The notes: generated from the sequence alone by a model not told the origin. A stretch of 64,000 bases of DNA from Harriotta raleighana (GCA_050575255.1 JBNZDD010013718.1:7060579-7124578), one strand, 5' to 3'; positions 1-12,828 are shown, counted from the stretch's first letter. A program made the numbers and translations.

Positions 1-832
1 GATGAGGCCGGCAGATCCCGACTAAAGCCGATGATTCCTTGGTTGGCTGCCCCGCGCACAATGCATTCTTGGGTAAGTCCAATAACTATTCAGCCTCGGA
101 GCATCCTGATGGCATTGCATGGAAAACAGAAGAAACAGAAAGAGAGAGTTTCTTAACACGTAAAATGAATTAGCTTAGCTGTGGTTTTATTGATTTATGT
201 TTTATTACTTTATTATCGCTTTATTGCTGGGCGGAGTCCGCCAACTGGCTGCACACTGCATCTTGTAATTGCTTCGGGTGTCAATGTGCCTGGAGGCTTG
301 AGATGGTTAGCCTCTGGCTGGATTCCCCTAACCCCACTTTCTGCCGTCTCCCGCCCTAACTGCCTGCTCCCCTCCCCGGTTTGATCTCTGGCCCCCTCCC
401 TTCCCCAGCTGGCATCTTCTCTCCCCAGTGGCTCTCTGTTCCCCACCCGGCTCTCCCCAAGCAGCTCTCTGGCTCTCCTCTTCCAGGCTGCCCTTTTCCC
501 CTCTCCAATTGCTCTCTGCCTCCCCCCTGGGCTCCCACTGATTCGCCCACTTCCCGTGTGGTAGGGGAGACAAGAGCTGGAAGAGTGGGGGAAGCAACAA
601 GAGCGGGGAGAGGGGGTGCGGAGCGAGTTGTGGGCCTGCAGGCTGTAGCTCGCCTCAGTACCTACCTTACATTGGTTCGGTGTGGATGTGCATGGAGTCT
701 TGAGGTGAGTAGCCTGTGACTGAATTCCCCTAAGCCCCATTTTCCCATTAGTTGTTGAGCTTACCCAAAGCGATTTTGCTGAGTGCGCAGTTTTCCAGGA
801 ATGTAACCCTCGTGATCGACGAGGGTTAACTG
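1..832 (+). mobile_element. Tigger/pogo-like MITE family A, copy 1 (left end outside window)
   Basis: Right TIR TCGACGAGGGTTAACTG followed by TA; internal similarity to copies at 26317 and 61115. Confidence 0.85.
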
Positions 833-1344
833 TATATCAAATGCAAGGATTATTATTATTATTAGCAGTAGTATAAGGATGAAAGCGTTCACTGCTGATC
901 ACATATTTCTACATTTACCATAAGGATTCTTTTCTGATCATCTGGAGGTTGATAGGATGCTTGCATATCCTTCTAATTGATGAATGCCACTACAACCAGA
1001 TTCCTGAAAAGAAAATCCTTCAGATGCTCAAGCCTTAGGAATTTTTAGTAGACATTTCCTGCCCACATTCTTAAATGGTAATGTCCCTTGAGTTCTTAAG
1101 TGAGGCAGAGTCTTATCATGGAGCAATATCATTTAAAAAATATTATAAACATTATGAAAACCACAGCATACCAAATTTATTTCCCTGGAGAAACGAAGAA
1201 AAACAAGTTAAACATTAGCTCAACTCTATCAAGTGCAAGAAAAGAAAAGCAAATTGTGATTTATTGCATCAACAGATTTGTGAGAAATGTAACAAATTTA
1301 TATGAAACTCTCATAGGGAAAAAAATGAGAGCACCTTGATGAAA

Positions 1345-1392
1345 TGTGTAGTATCAACCTAAAATAGTTCTATTTTAGGTTGATGCTACACA
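1345..1392. repeat. Near-perfect palindrome, 23-bp arms, 2-nt loop
   Basis: TGTGTAGTATCAACCTAAAATAG-TT-CTATTTTAGGTTGATGCTACACA, one mismatch. Confidence 0.95.
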
Positions 1393-3253
1393 GTTAAGTT
1401 TAGCTGAACCTTTTTTGTGATCGTGTAGTAAATTGCCTTAGAAGAATTTTTTTTAAATGCTGATTTTTCTTTTTGTGTTACCGCTGTTAGCCTCAACTAA
1501 ACCTCAATCGATATCTCAAACATAAGACGTGAGGAGAAGGCCAGTCAGCTCTTTAGCCTGCTCCAAATATACCATTCCAAAAGTACCAACCTCCCCAAAT
1601 CTTATATATCTTAATTTTTTTGCTCTAAATATCACAACAGTTATTCTTCTTACATTCCTGATGCATGATTTACATTGAAGATTGCTATAGAATATAGGTT
1701 GGCAACATTTCATGAACATCACCCATAAAATATATATTTCTAAAGATGAATAAACAGAATGAACATGTAAATTCAAACAATTAAGTTCAAACATCTGGTA
1801 AAACTCTATCCCTAAATTGGCAAACTATTCCAATTTATCTTATAGCTCCTTACAACATACAATCATTACGCAATTTTTAAAAAAAATCATTGTATGTGGA
1901 TGTATAGTGCACATTCCATTTGTACTTTTCCAAATGGATGTGCACTACTTTATAACCACATACTCATTTGAAAGAACATTTTTTGACTAAATAGTTTAAA
2001 CTAAAATTTACAAAGCCAAAGGTTTCATTGTAGATTATCAAATTGTCTGCTGCTTTACTCCTGAATAGATTTGCTAATAGCTGGGACTTAAGAAACACAA
2101 AAATGCAATTATATTTTGCTCTTGTTTTCTTAGTTTGTTGAAATTTGCAAGAGGAAGTTAGTTTGGGGAAAAACAATTTCTTCTTATAAGTTAAATACAC
2201 AGCACTTACCATGTGAACAATAGATCTCCCACAGTCTTGTGAGGTTTTATGTTTATCAAAGGAGGTTTTACAATTTTGTAATGAATCCCAGTCTTTTATC
2301 AGAAGCAGTTATAATCAAATTTAAGATAAATGATGAGTAAAATATTTTTCACATTTATTTGGCTCCACAGAGCAGTACCGTGAGAGAAACAACTTTGTTG
2401 TTCCTACCGTGGGAAATTTGAATTCAAAAGCTAAATGACGCTGACTAGATGCCAATCAAAATAACTATACTCCATCACTGATTATTGTATAATCTTCAAT
2501 TACAATCAAATCAGAAATACAATATATAATAGAAAGTCCTTTTCTTTTTTAATTAACATGAATCCCTTACGTTATAGTGACCATTTTCTGTATCTAATTT
2601 GTTCTTATTAGAATTGGGAACAGCCCCCACTCCCCCGAAACAAATTTGTTCTCTATTACGAAAAATTATTTTTTAATTTTCTAAAAATTAGATTTGAGCA
2701 AGATTTCTACAGAGCACTGGGGGGGAAATGATCATTTTACTTGCTGTGCAAGGTATGAAATGAAGGAAACATTCCACTAGCATAGCATCAAGGATTGCAA
2801 TCCCACCACACTGAATTGGATTGCTGTACACTTAAAAAAAAAACTACTCTCTTTGGCAGGTCAATGGTTCTAAATTACGTCTCATTTATTTCAGGTCACA
2901 GATTGAGCCAAACAAAAGTGAATATTTAAAACCACAAGCTAATGTGGTATTAAATATTGGTATTAGGACAGAGACCTACACATCAGATGAGAACGGGAAA
3001 AGAGACCATTATATTTGACGAGATAGGATAGAGAGTTCCTCTTCCATTCTCATCATGGAGTCGGGGACCAAACCTTCCCCACATCATGGGGATGAGGGAC
3101 ATATCGTCTGGCTATATATCCCAAACTACTGAAGATTGTTGAAGTGGAATCGTCTCTGGCATTGGCTAAAGTATATCAACCATGCCAACTCTGTTCCCAC
3201 AGCAATTCTAAGTTAAGCTGTTTCCCACAATTGACCTGCTTTCTCAGCTTCAG

Positions 3254-3500
3254 TCAATCAATCAAAACTACATTTATATAGCGCCTTTCATGTCGGGAGG
3301 ACGTCCCAAGGTGCTGTACAGTCAAATAGGGATCAGAGTGAGTGGGGAGAAGGGGGAGGGCAAGGGGGAAGGCAAGTAGGAAAAAAATTGACTGTGGGTG
3401 AAACTCGGCAGGCAAATTGCGCACAGCAGTGTCCCACAAACAGTCATGGAAGTGGGGTTTAGGGGAGAAAGGCGGAAAAGATGGCAAGGGGAGGGGTCAG
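3254..3500 (-). mobile_element. SINE subtype with the same core but a different L2-type tail and a purine-rich spacer (also + strand at about 33280-33485)
   Basis: TACATTTATATAGCGCCTTTCATGTCGGGAGGACGTCCCAAGG tail joined to CACAGCAGTGTCCCACAAACAGTC core. Confidence 0.7.
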
Positions 3501-4670
3501 GGTAGTTATGTCAGTAATGTTCAATCCTCTGATTCCTGGGGCACTGGATTGCACAATGATTAATATTTATTATGAAAACCTCCCACAACATGTGGGAAAC
3601 GAGCACATGTGGTATCAGGATACAGACAATAGGCATTGGTTGCGAGTGGCCTAGGAACATTTAAAATCACATTCAAATGATAATTCACATGCATCCATAA
3701 CTTGATTAATCCTTTTATTTGCCAAGAAAAATACTCTACATTATAGTCACAGTTTTCATATGTATAGTTTAGTACATCGATAAATGACAATTTTAATGAA
3801 TACCAAATAAATGGAATATATAGCAAAGAAGAAACCCTTGGCATTTATTAGTTGGGTCTCTGAGATATTGGCAAAACATTGCCACAACCTTTCCATTGCA
3901 AATCCCTACATACAGCAGCACATGTGGTATCAGTCACACATAACTGTTTTAAAATGATACATTCCTAGTTCTAAAATTCACTTTGCTTATGGTTTTTGAA
4001 TCTGTAAGCAAATACTGTTACAATTATACATCAGTTACCCACAGAAATTGGTTAAAAAAATTTTTTTTAGAATGAACAGCTCTGGTCTGAATTACCTACA
4101 GTTAAAAAAATACATGTTGAATGAATTGAGGTTGTACAACAATTCTACATATGTTAACATTAGATCTAAGGCAACATTCTTTGCCAGTTGCAGCTAACCA
4201 GGGCTTATATAAATATAATAAAAGGCTATTTACAGGTTCAACATAAATCATTTAATAAAGTAAATAATCATTCAACGTTATAGCTGACTATGTTATGTGG
4301 TGTCCCCATATTTTGAGACTTATACTGACAAAACATGTTACGGTCAGGTTTTCAGTTCCTGATGGGAAAGGCGCTGTACAAATGTAATTTTACTATTGTT
4401 GTTTGCTATTGATTTCATAAAATGAGCTTTCCTTGAGTGACATGGTGGCACAGTTCATTGGTGCTCCAATAAATTGCAACACATTGAGCGCCTATTATTA
4501 TCACCAAGGTTTCGCCCACAAAACATACACTCGCTTTACAGTACTATATATCTTGTGAAGCTCTTAAGCGATGTTGCCCAGACTTGAAAGGCGCTATATA
4601 AAAATGTAAGGATAGAGATTGCAATATTTAAATTCTCTAATCATACAATAGAATCAGAAAATGAGATATC

Positions 4671-4935
4671 ATAGAATCATAGAATGTTACAGCACAGAAG
4701 GAGGCCATTCGGCCCATCGAGTCTGTGCTGGCTCTTTGACAGAGCAATGTCACTTTTATTAACCCCAATCACCAGCTTTCTCCCCATAACCCTGCAAACC
4801 TGTCTTCCCCAGATACCTATCCAGTTCTCTCTTAAAAGCTGCTATCGAATCGGACCTCACTACCCTTTCAGGCAGATCATTTCAAATTCGAACAACTCGC
4901 TGAGTGAAAACATTTCTTCTAACCTCCCCTCTGCT
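4671..4935 (-). mobile_element. CR1-like LINE 3' end (similar at 19705-19870, 24058-24128, 27945-28060, 43825-43962)
   Basis: GATGGGCCGAATGGCCTCCT..GTGCTGTAA plus (ATTCTATG)n terminal octamer repeat typical of CR1. Confidence 0.8.
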
Positions 4936-5934
4936 TCTATGCAAGATATGTTGTTTTTTTAAAAAGTCTACCAGCAATTTATTTCAACAAATGTTGTCCT
5001 TTTGAAAGCAGCTGCCAATATTGCTGAAAGATGCTGTTAACACCATTTAGGGATTAGAAGTGATGTTAGTGGCGATCCGGATGTCAATGTTTCATGCATT
5101 ATTTAATTAGCTTCAGAGAGATTGGATCCACACAATCATGTTATAATGAGATTAAATAATAATAAATAACAATCCCTGCATTTGACATAGTGCCTTCATG
5201 TTGGAAGAATGTCTCAAAAGCGCTTCACAAGATTTTCTATAAAGCACACCAACTGTATATAGGTTGTACCGTGGCTTGGACAACTCAGATATTAAATTGG
5301 TTATATACACGATTTATTTAACTCAGATAATAAACCCCACCAACTCAGGTTTGGGAATGTATAAAAACACAATTTTAATACTTTAATGTGCAGTACAAAG
5401 TAACATAAAATGATAAGAGTCAAGATTCTAATCATTTTGATTTCAAAAATCTTGAAAAGATTTTCTGTACGCGCTTTGGGCAGAAATAATCCTAGATAAT
5501 CCTAGAAGAACAAAATATATGGATTTACAGATTGGGTTTATATTTTCCAAATCTAGACTGAACATTATTAAATCTAGATCATACCATCTCTCTATCATAA
5601 AACACTGCCTGGTCTGTCTGAAGTTAATATTTTCCAAGTCACTAGAAAATCAGTACGTGGGTGTGTCTGGCGGGACAGAAGGGTCCCTTTTATATCTGGT
5701 GAATTAAACACCCAAATAATTAACAATTCCAGCCATGTCAAACTATTTCTCCAGGTCTTAAAATATTTTCATGACACTCCAGTAACTGCAAATAAGGCTA
5801 TGCTTGGTAAAGGACACATTTTCACTATTAAAAGTTGATCTTGCAAATGTTTAAAATGTTCTTTAGCAGAGTTTTTTTCTCTTTAAAAATGAAGTGACGT
5901 CATTGATTTAGAATGATTTACATTCATGCTCTGG

Positions 5935-5940
5935 TTTATT
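5935..5940 (-). terminator. Candidate poly(A) signal AATAAA for DAPK2 alpha
   Basis: First minus-strand AATAAA I found downstream of the alpha stop (about 1.2 kb 3'UTR). Confidence 0.45.
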
Positions 5941-7150
5941 ACCTGCACTTTACCATTCTTAGCTTGGCACTCGTTAAAAATACCCTTATAGTACAAGTAA
6001 CCATTCTCTATTCACTAACGCCCACACACTCAATGCCTAGTGCAACTTGCAAAGTTATAGTCAAACTCCGGAAGCTGCTGAGAGCAAGGCCTGAGAAAAT
6101 TAAAGGGAAGTGGTGGTGGGGGTGTGGAGGGAGGGGGAAAGATTGATCAGAGATTGATCATCCAATCACTGATGTTAACATACCAAGTTATCTATACTGT
6201 GAATATTGTAATTCTTAAAATAAATGTTTCAAAAGGATCAGGAGAAACAAAACTCGCATAAAATCAACATTGGTATAACTAAGAGTTATTGACATGGTAG
6301 AATTACGAACCGTCTTCCTAGTCATCTACTGCCCTTTCACATACTTTGTGCTCTATGTCTCTGGCCTCCAGCTATGGAATGTTGACACAGCCAAGGTTCA
6401 TTGGTAACTTCCCTGTGTTTCTATTTCTCCTCAGCCAAAGAAGTCCACTCCAAGGCAGGGCTATTACAGAAATAACTGAGAAGCAAAAGACCTTCATTCA
6501 GGCTAAAGCATTTAGTTTTACCCCTTTACAAGGCACAGATTTGTCTCGGAAATATCCCTCACTCAAGTGATCATTTTCCAGATGTGAGTCTGGGCAGTGA
6601 GTGTCTGTGACGGCTTTGTAGCAGATCCCTATTCTTCCTCATCAAAGTCCACAAAAACATATTGCAAAGGGTCACTGGATAGCCACGAGGAGTAGGCACC
6701 TTAGCTCACTTATCTAAGGGTGCAGTGTTTAGTTATTAGTCAAAACTGGCTCAGGTCAACTGATGTCAACACATTTTATCTGAAAAGGATGCAGAACAGT
6801 GTTCCAACACTCAGTGATGCAATGTTGGGAGTTGTCACGAGAATGATCTTTGAGAATGAATATTTCATGTGACCTGATAAAAGGTAGTGAGTAACACTGC
6901 TAGAATACATACATAGTTCCTAAAAAAAAATTGCATACATTTTCTTCAGGACTGGCATTAGTGGAAAAAGGGGATCCTTGTTGGCAAAATTCTTAATTTT
7001 AAATACCTACATATTTTCACAGTAACACTCAATCTTTGTGTGATGGGCCATATCTATACACACACATCTGGAAAACACTTCTGGTGTTGTTTCGGCTTTT
7101 GCTGAGTTAAAACATTCATCTTAGTTCAGTGCAACAGTCACAATGTCTCC

Positions 7151-7231
7151 TTACGACGTGCTACTCCGTCTCCTGGGTCTCAGCACTCTCCTTTCAACGC
7201 TCTCTTCTTCATTATCACTTTCATATGCTCT
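7151..7231 (-). CDS. DAPK2: DAPK2 alpha terminal coding exon (RAYESDNEEESVERRVLRPRRRSSTS*)
   Basis: tttcttag| acceptor; ends PRRRSSTS-stop, the diagnostic DAPK2 C-terminus. Confidence 0.94.
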   Translation of the reverse strand, partial: RAYESDNEEESVERRVLRPRRRSSTS

Positions 7232-8233
7232 CTAAGAAATCAAGAGAACAAAAGTTACTTTTATTTTGTGTGATGGAATATTAGAACTATATATTTCTCA
7301 AACGTCGGTTTGGCTCAGTTTATAATGACCTCGCCTCTGGGTCAGAAACATGTGGACTCACCAGTTTAAAATCTAAGATAGCACTTCAGCAACATATGGA
7401 CAAAATATTGTTCTTTTGAAATGCTGTGCCATTCTTCAGATGAGAAGCTCAAAACGAGGTCTTATCTACCCTTTCTAATGTCCAAAAAGACTTAAAGCAG
7501 TCCAGATACAGTACTACAGTACTTTGAATAGCGAAGATTTCTTCCCTGCTATATTAAACAAATTAAACTTCTATAAACAAATCTGTAATAAATAATAATA
7601 TGTGCATTTGATAAAGTACCTCATGTCATTTCTGCCTAAAAACGCTTCATAGGATATGCTGTCAAATGATGGTTGCTCTGTGTATTCTTGTGAGTGAACA
7701 TGGCAGCCAATTTGCGTACAACAAGTCCCACAAAACAGCCATGGATAAATGATCAATATTCACTCTATAACAGTAAATAGTGCGCTATTTAATGTGACCT
7801 GACAAAAAGTTAGAGAGCAATACTGGTAGAACCAGACAAAAATACACTGTTCCTGTATTTCTAGATTATTCTTCAGGGCTGGCTCTGTTCCGAATTGACA
7901 AAACAAAACAAGAAAACTGTTATTACCAAAATATAATGTTCATCAAACATTTTTCCATCCAATCAAGAAAAATACTATTATTATGGTACTACACAATGAC
8001 AGCTATTGTTCTGTTAGTTTCTTAGTCTCTCATTTTCTCTTTGTCAGTCTCTGTATTTCTTTGTTAATTTCTCCCCAAACCCTCCCACCCCCACCCTCTC
8101 TGCTCTCTTCCCACTTCTGCCTCCCAGGCTCTCTTCTCCCTCATTTTCACCTCTGCCTAACCTTGCTGTCTTTCTTCTCTCCTCTTTCCCCCCAGTCCTT
8201 TCTGCAAATGTTAAAGGTTTGAGAATCACTTAC

Positions 8234-8317
8234 TGAAGCATCTTCTTTCTTCAGACAATCTTTCTTGAGGAATGAACGAGTGAAATGATTGCACAGTGAC
8301 ACAATCCGGTATGTTAG
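8234..8317 (-). CDS. DAPK2: DAPK2 alpha exon 10 (LTYRIVSLCNHFTRSFLKKDCLKKEDAS)
   Basis: 84 nt; tttcag| and |GTAAGT; IVSLCNH motif. Confidence 0.93.
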
Positions 8318-8422
8318 CTGAAAGAAATTACATTAGTCTCAAAGATAACTTCTACAAAAATGTTGAGGAAAACAGTTAAAAGAAAAATCTACTTTTGTTA
8401 GTTGATAAATATCAAATTTCAC

Positions 8423-8512
8423 CTTCCATCTCCTTCGTGCATACAGCCTTCTGAAATTTTCCAAATTCACAACAGATTCTCTTCTGACAAGGGCCTGGCA
8501 TTTGTTAAGTGG
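8423..8512 (-). CDS. DAPK2: DAPK2 alpha exon 9 (PLNKCQALVRRESVVNLENFRRLYARRRWK), CaM-regulatory domain
   Basis: 90 nt; ttccag| and |GTGAAA; VRRESVVNLENF..RRRWK DAPK2 signature. Confidence 0.95.
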
Positions 8513-9210
8513 CTGGAAGAAAACAGTCATGGGTCACTTAAATCAATTACATTTGGCTATTTATTGCATTGGTATTACAAGCTGACTAAACAATTATGGT
8601 AAAATACAATATCATGAAACTTTGGAAAGGTTTCTTCATAATTGACATCTCCCTTACACTTGGTGTCAGCAGGGATCGACTGCCCTCAATTCCTATGTTC
8701 TGGCAAATTCAGTTTCAAAAGCTGGGGCTCTGGATTCTGAACCCAGAAGCCCGCCACTTGTTTTTTTTTAATGATGTTGTACAAGAATGGAATTGTGTTA
8801 GAGCAGCAGTGGCTTTTGGCACTACATCAATGACCCTCTGAAACTTGTTCCTCAGAGGAAATGATTTTAACAACTTCTTTGGCGCAAACTAACTAAACAT
8901 GAAGTTACGATTGCAAATTGATTACAAGAGAACTTCTGAAATGCCAACTTGCTGATGACAGCCTTGTGCTGTAGTAAATGCTGAAAACGCTCTCCAGTTT
9001 TGGCTTACATACTCACCTAAACCACTCTGGCTAATGAACTCTCTTAAATAATGCATGCTTTCCAAGTTCACTTTACATCTCAATTGTATTGTTGGCATTG
9101 AGAGCAATAAATGTCTTAGGGTAGTCGAGCGATGGAGCAAGCAACAGAAAGTTATGCTGCACACTTTGCACTGGTTGGTACATAGAGAATACAGAATTCT
9201 ATAGATACAC

Positions 9211-9415
9211 AAAAGGCAAAGTACTGCCGATACTGGAAATCTGGTTAAACAGAAGTGGTTGGGAACACGTAGTAGGTCAAGGCAGCATCCATGGAGACAG
9301 GAAAATTAATTAACGTTTCAGGTCAACGTCACAAAGTTCTGACGAAGTTCATAGTTCATAGACCTGAAAGGTTAACTAGGTTTCCTCTGTCCATGAATGT
9401 TGCTTGACTTGCTAT
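9211..9415. mobile_element. Penelope-type fold-back element (half copies at about 21060-21130 and 63680-63770)
   Basis: Imperfect inverted arms about 9276-9324 and 9361-9409 (GCAGCATCCATGGA..TAACGTTTCAGGTC / GACCTGAAAGGTTA..TCCATGAATGTTGC). Confidence 0.55.
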
Positions 9416-9556
9416 GTAGATGCACACTCTAATCACTAAGAACCGAATAACACAAGCAATTGCTAGGCAAAAGACGAACAAGGTCCATCCAGTTAGTCTT
9501 CCACCATCCTGCCATTGACTTGACATGTCGTGCCCCAAACTATATATTGTATATAA

Positions 9557-9745
9557 TAGTAATAAAAATAATCCTTGCATTTGATATAGCGCTTTTCACG
9601 TCTTCTAGACATCTCAAAGCGCTTCACAGAATATGCTGTAAAGTGAATTGACTGTATATTTGTATGCAAAACCCGGCAGGCAATTGTACTCAGCAGTGTC
9701 CCACAAACAGCCGTGGACTGAAATGACCAATTTTATTATTTTATT
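9557..9745 (-). mobile_element. 5'-truncated SINE (further partial copies near 4430, 5155, 7590, 21725, 23060, 27125, 29651, 50505, 58420, 62540)
   Basis: AATCCTTGCATTTGATATAGCGCTTTTCACGTC...GTCCCACAAACAG consensus. Confidence 0.8.
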
Positions 9746-11214
9746 ATATACTGGTGACAATGTCAGTGAGATGTTTAAATATTAAAGAAAATTGCTCCAT
9801 TGCCTCCTTGCTAACATTATTAAGTTAAACATCATGTTCTGGTTTTAGTTACTCTATAGCTACAGCAAAGATGAAGTAGTATCAAAATTAATGGAGGTTG
9901 CCTCAAATAACTTCTGTTAAACCACCAACACTGGCTTAGGGGACAGAGTTGCCTCTATCCGTGCTGTATCATTTGCAGAAATTGGTTGTGTAAAAAAAGT
10001 AAATCTTGCGTGCTTTCAATGTCACTTGATTTGAAGGGTTTTTATGAGCAAAAGATTACAAAATGGTAAACATTTCCCAAGAGCGTATCAAGAATAATGC
10101 AACCAGTGATTTACTCATTTTACAACAATACTGTTTTGGAGCCGCCAAAATTTTCATTTCTAAAGAACGCTGAGCATTATCAGGCTCCCAGTTTCCACAA
10201 ATTACATTTCTATTTGCGGTATATAGAGACTGTAATCAGAATGGGGCACAGGTCATCCTGACCTCAACTAAATGGTGTTTCTCCCCCTGCTTCTAAGTTT
10301 ATAATCAGCCAGTTCATGCATAGAAGGCATCAAATTACCTGCCTGCGGCATGTTGATGAGATGGATTGCGAGCAGGAGACCGATCAGTCATTGAGTTACA
10401 TTTGACTCACATGAATTCCCTGCTTCGCGTTCCCAATCCATTCAGAGATCAGCCTTGATTATCAAAATATGATGTTTAAAATCCATAGGAAATTACTCGA
10501 CATGTGCTCTATAAATGCCAATTATCAACTGCAACATGGATGTACATGTATAATAAATGTATCAATGTTAAATTTAAACTTGAGTCTGAATTATTTCTCA
10601 ACACATGAACCTTTGTTTCATATGCAGTCAATATCTTTCATCATTCATTTTTTGAAACTAATAACCAGAATTCCAGTGACAGAATATTCAACACCGTTGA
10701 TTAATGAGCTGCATTTTGACAACTAAATAACACAGAATCATTGTCTGCACAAAAAGCAAGAGGTAAATCCAAGCAACACAAGATTATATTACTGAAAACG
10801 CGTGCATGGAATAATCATTTGTTGATGGCGATACTTTTTTTTTGGTCTACGTTCCATTTATTTCAGATTAGACATTCACTGTATACACAACAGCAACAAC
10901 TATTTGCATTTATATAACTCCTTTCAGGTCAAAAGGATATTCTCCCAAGCAGTTCACATAACAGATAAGGATTTCATATAGAAAGCAAACAGCCAGCTCA
11001 GACGCTTACTTTGTGCGTTATGACCAAACTCAAATTGCTTTCTGAACTATCAGATTTACTGTTCAAATTATTTAACATTGATAAAATGCCTAGTGCGCAC
11101 ACAAGAGCATAATGCTAACCTTTCGATGAAGGTTATTCCGAAATTGTGAAACAATAGAATTTTTCAAGCATCCTCCCCTCTCTTGGAGAGATTGAGACTT
11201 GAAAATTGACCTAA

Positions 11215-11220
11215 TTTATT
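11215..11220 (-). terminator. Candidate intronic poly(A) signal for DAPK2 beta
   Basis: First minus-strand AATAAA I found after the beta stop; a second is at about 10857. Confidence 0.4.
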
Positions 11221-12180
11221 ACGAATGTACTAGTGATCAATGTACTGAGTATATTTAAATATTAAAGTACTTCTCATAGACTGAAAATTACATGAAGACA
11301 AGACAATGAAACAAAAAAAATTGACACTGTTCATCAAAACTATAATAAATCAATTGAACACATCCTGAAAGACATACAGGTTCCTAGACAAAGATACAGC
11401 CTTATTCTCTTCCTTGGCAGACTCCACACAAATAAGCGTTTGATACAATGGGATAGCGTTTAAGGTGCAAATACTTTACGCCATTTGGTTTACGCAGCTG
11501 CTAATCAACATTGCACACAGTTGAATCCAGCAACAAGTTAGAGAATCAATTTCTAATACTCTTACCTGAATATACAGTAAACTTACAACTCGTCACTCCA
11601 AGGGAAAAGTGCTCTGTGACAAGTTACGTGGAGTGCAGTTAGGCATAAATAAACGCAGTTAGGATATTGACAGGATGATGACTTAATTGGTAGTAATAAA
11701 TTAAACCAGGATTGAGTTATCAATTTACTGAAAACATAAATGTTGCAGAAGCTTAACCATAGTTCTCCAATTAATGATCCAAGTAGGATTCCTTCTTTCA
11801 CAATCCATCATACCAAGATTTCTCTTTTGAGTTATTATTTGAAGTGCCCAAAACACAACTGTTTACATTTAATCCGCTACAAAATGTGGATGCATTCTGA
11901 TTTGGTTTGTATCTTGTAAATCTAATTTTTGTCAAATTAACAGAACTGATACCCGAGCCATTGAGATCCCTACATGCTGCCAGGTACCAATTTACAAATT
12001 TTTAAATAAAAAAAGATTTTGCAAAATACAAATCATTTTTCTGAAGTGCCAGGATAAATAGTACACTATTTCAGTGGGACAACAAATCCAATGGGACAAT
12101 ACCATGCGTGAAAATAATCTTATTGGGGCGATGTTTCCTCTCCTCCCTCCCCTGCCCCCCCCACCCAAAAAATAAACAAT

Positions 12181-12828
12181 TTAGCGACCAGATTCTGAAA
12201 TATCTAATTTCATGCTAGCAATAAGTTCTCCATTACACGTGCTATTTAACAAATCCTTCAAAGTTTCATTCAGATCTTTATCGAACACAGATGCAAAGTC
12301 CTCGCTGACATAGGCTTCACTTGGGTCCTCAGTTTGAAATGATTGGATTACCTCCTGAACCCATTTAAGTTCATCTGAAATCTCTTGATTCAGAGTCTCA
12401 AAATGGGATTTCAGTTCATCATACTTTCCACTGACTATGTTCAGGGTGCTGTTGATGCTCTTAATTTCATCTTGAAGCTGTTTCTTCCTAGACTCAGCTT
12501 TACGGTACTCATATCTGATCTGCGATAGATCATGCCTCACACTTTCATTCTCTTCCTTGTACCAGGACTCCTTTTCGTTATAAATAGAGATCAGTGCATC
12601 AATGTCTTCTTGAAGAGAATCATGGGCGTATGCCAGCCCGCTGAAAGTGGTCTCCATCACAGAGAGGTCCTCCACCACCTTGGCAAATCTTTCAAAATTA
12701 ACATAGGTGTTATTCGGCGGCATGCTTGAGTGGGACTTAATGGTGTATTCTTTCAACCGCTTGGTTTTCAGCCTCCTGCGTTCCTGTTTTTTGCACTCTG
12801 AGGTTTCTTGTTCCTCTTTTTCATGAGA
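12181..12828 (-). CDS. DAPK2: DAPK2 alternative terminal exon (DRP-1beta): ZIPK/DAPK3-like extra-catalytic coiled-coil tail
   Basis: Phase-0 acceptor tcttctgtctcgttcactgaag|TCT; 216 open codons to TAA; ERRRLKTKRLKEYTIKSHSSMPPNNTYVNFERFAKVVE matches the ZIPK post-kinase motif; extends ORF 12181..12756 by 72 nt. Confidence 0.9.
   Translation of the reverse strand, partial: SHEKEEQETSECKKQERRRLKTKRLKEYTIKSHSSMPPNNTYVNFERFAKVVEDLSVMETTFSGLAYAHDSLQEDIDALISIYNEKESWYKEENESVRHDLSQIRYEYRKAESRKKQLQDEIKSINSTLNIVSGKYDELKSHFETLNQEISDELKWVQEVIQSFQTEDPSEAYVSEDFASVFDKDLNETLKDLLNSTCNGELIASMKLDISESGR

Noticed and set aside
181-740. Overlapping GC-rich ORFs (up to 175 aa)
   Set aside because: They lie inside MITE copy 1; low-complexity, stop-poor sequence with no protein motifs.
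5895-5902. Perfect CRE palindrome TGACGTCA
   Set aside because: A single 8-mer is expected roughly once per window of this size; no promoter context.
12181-12756. Independent nested gene or DAPK3 retrocopy
   Set aside because: No own ATG start (TTG call), a phase-matched acceptor at 12828 and no kinase domain; best explained as the DAPK2 beta terminal exon.
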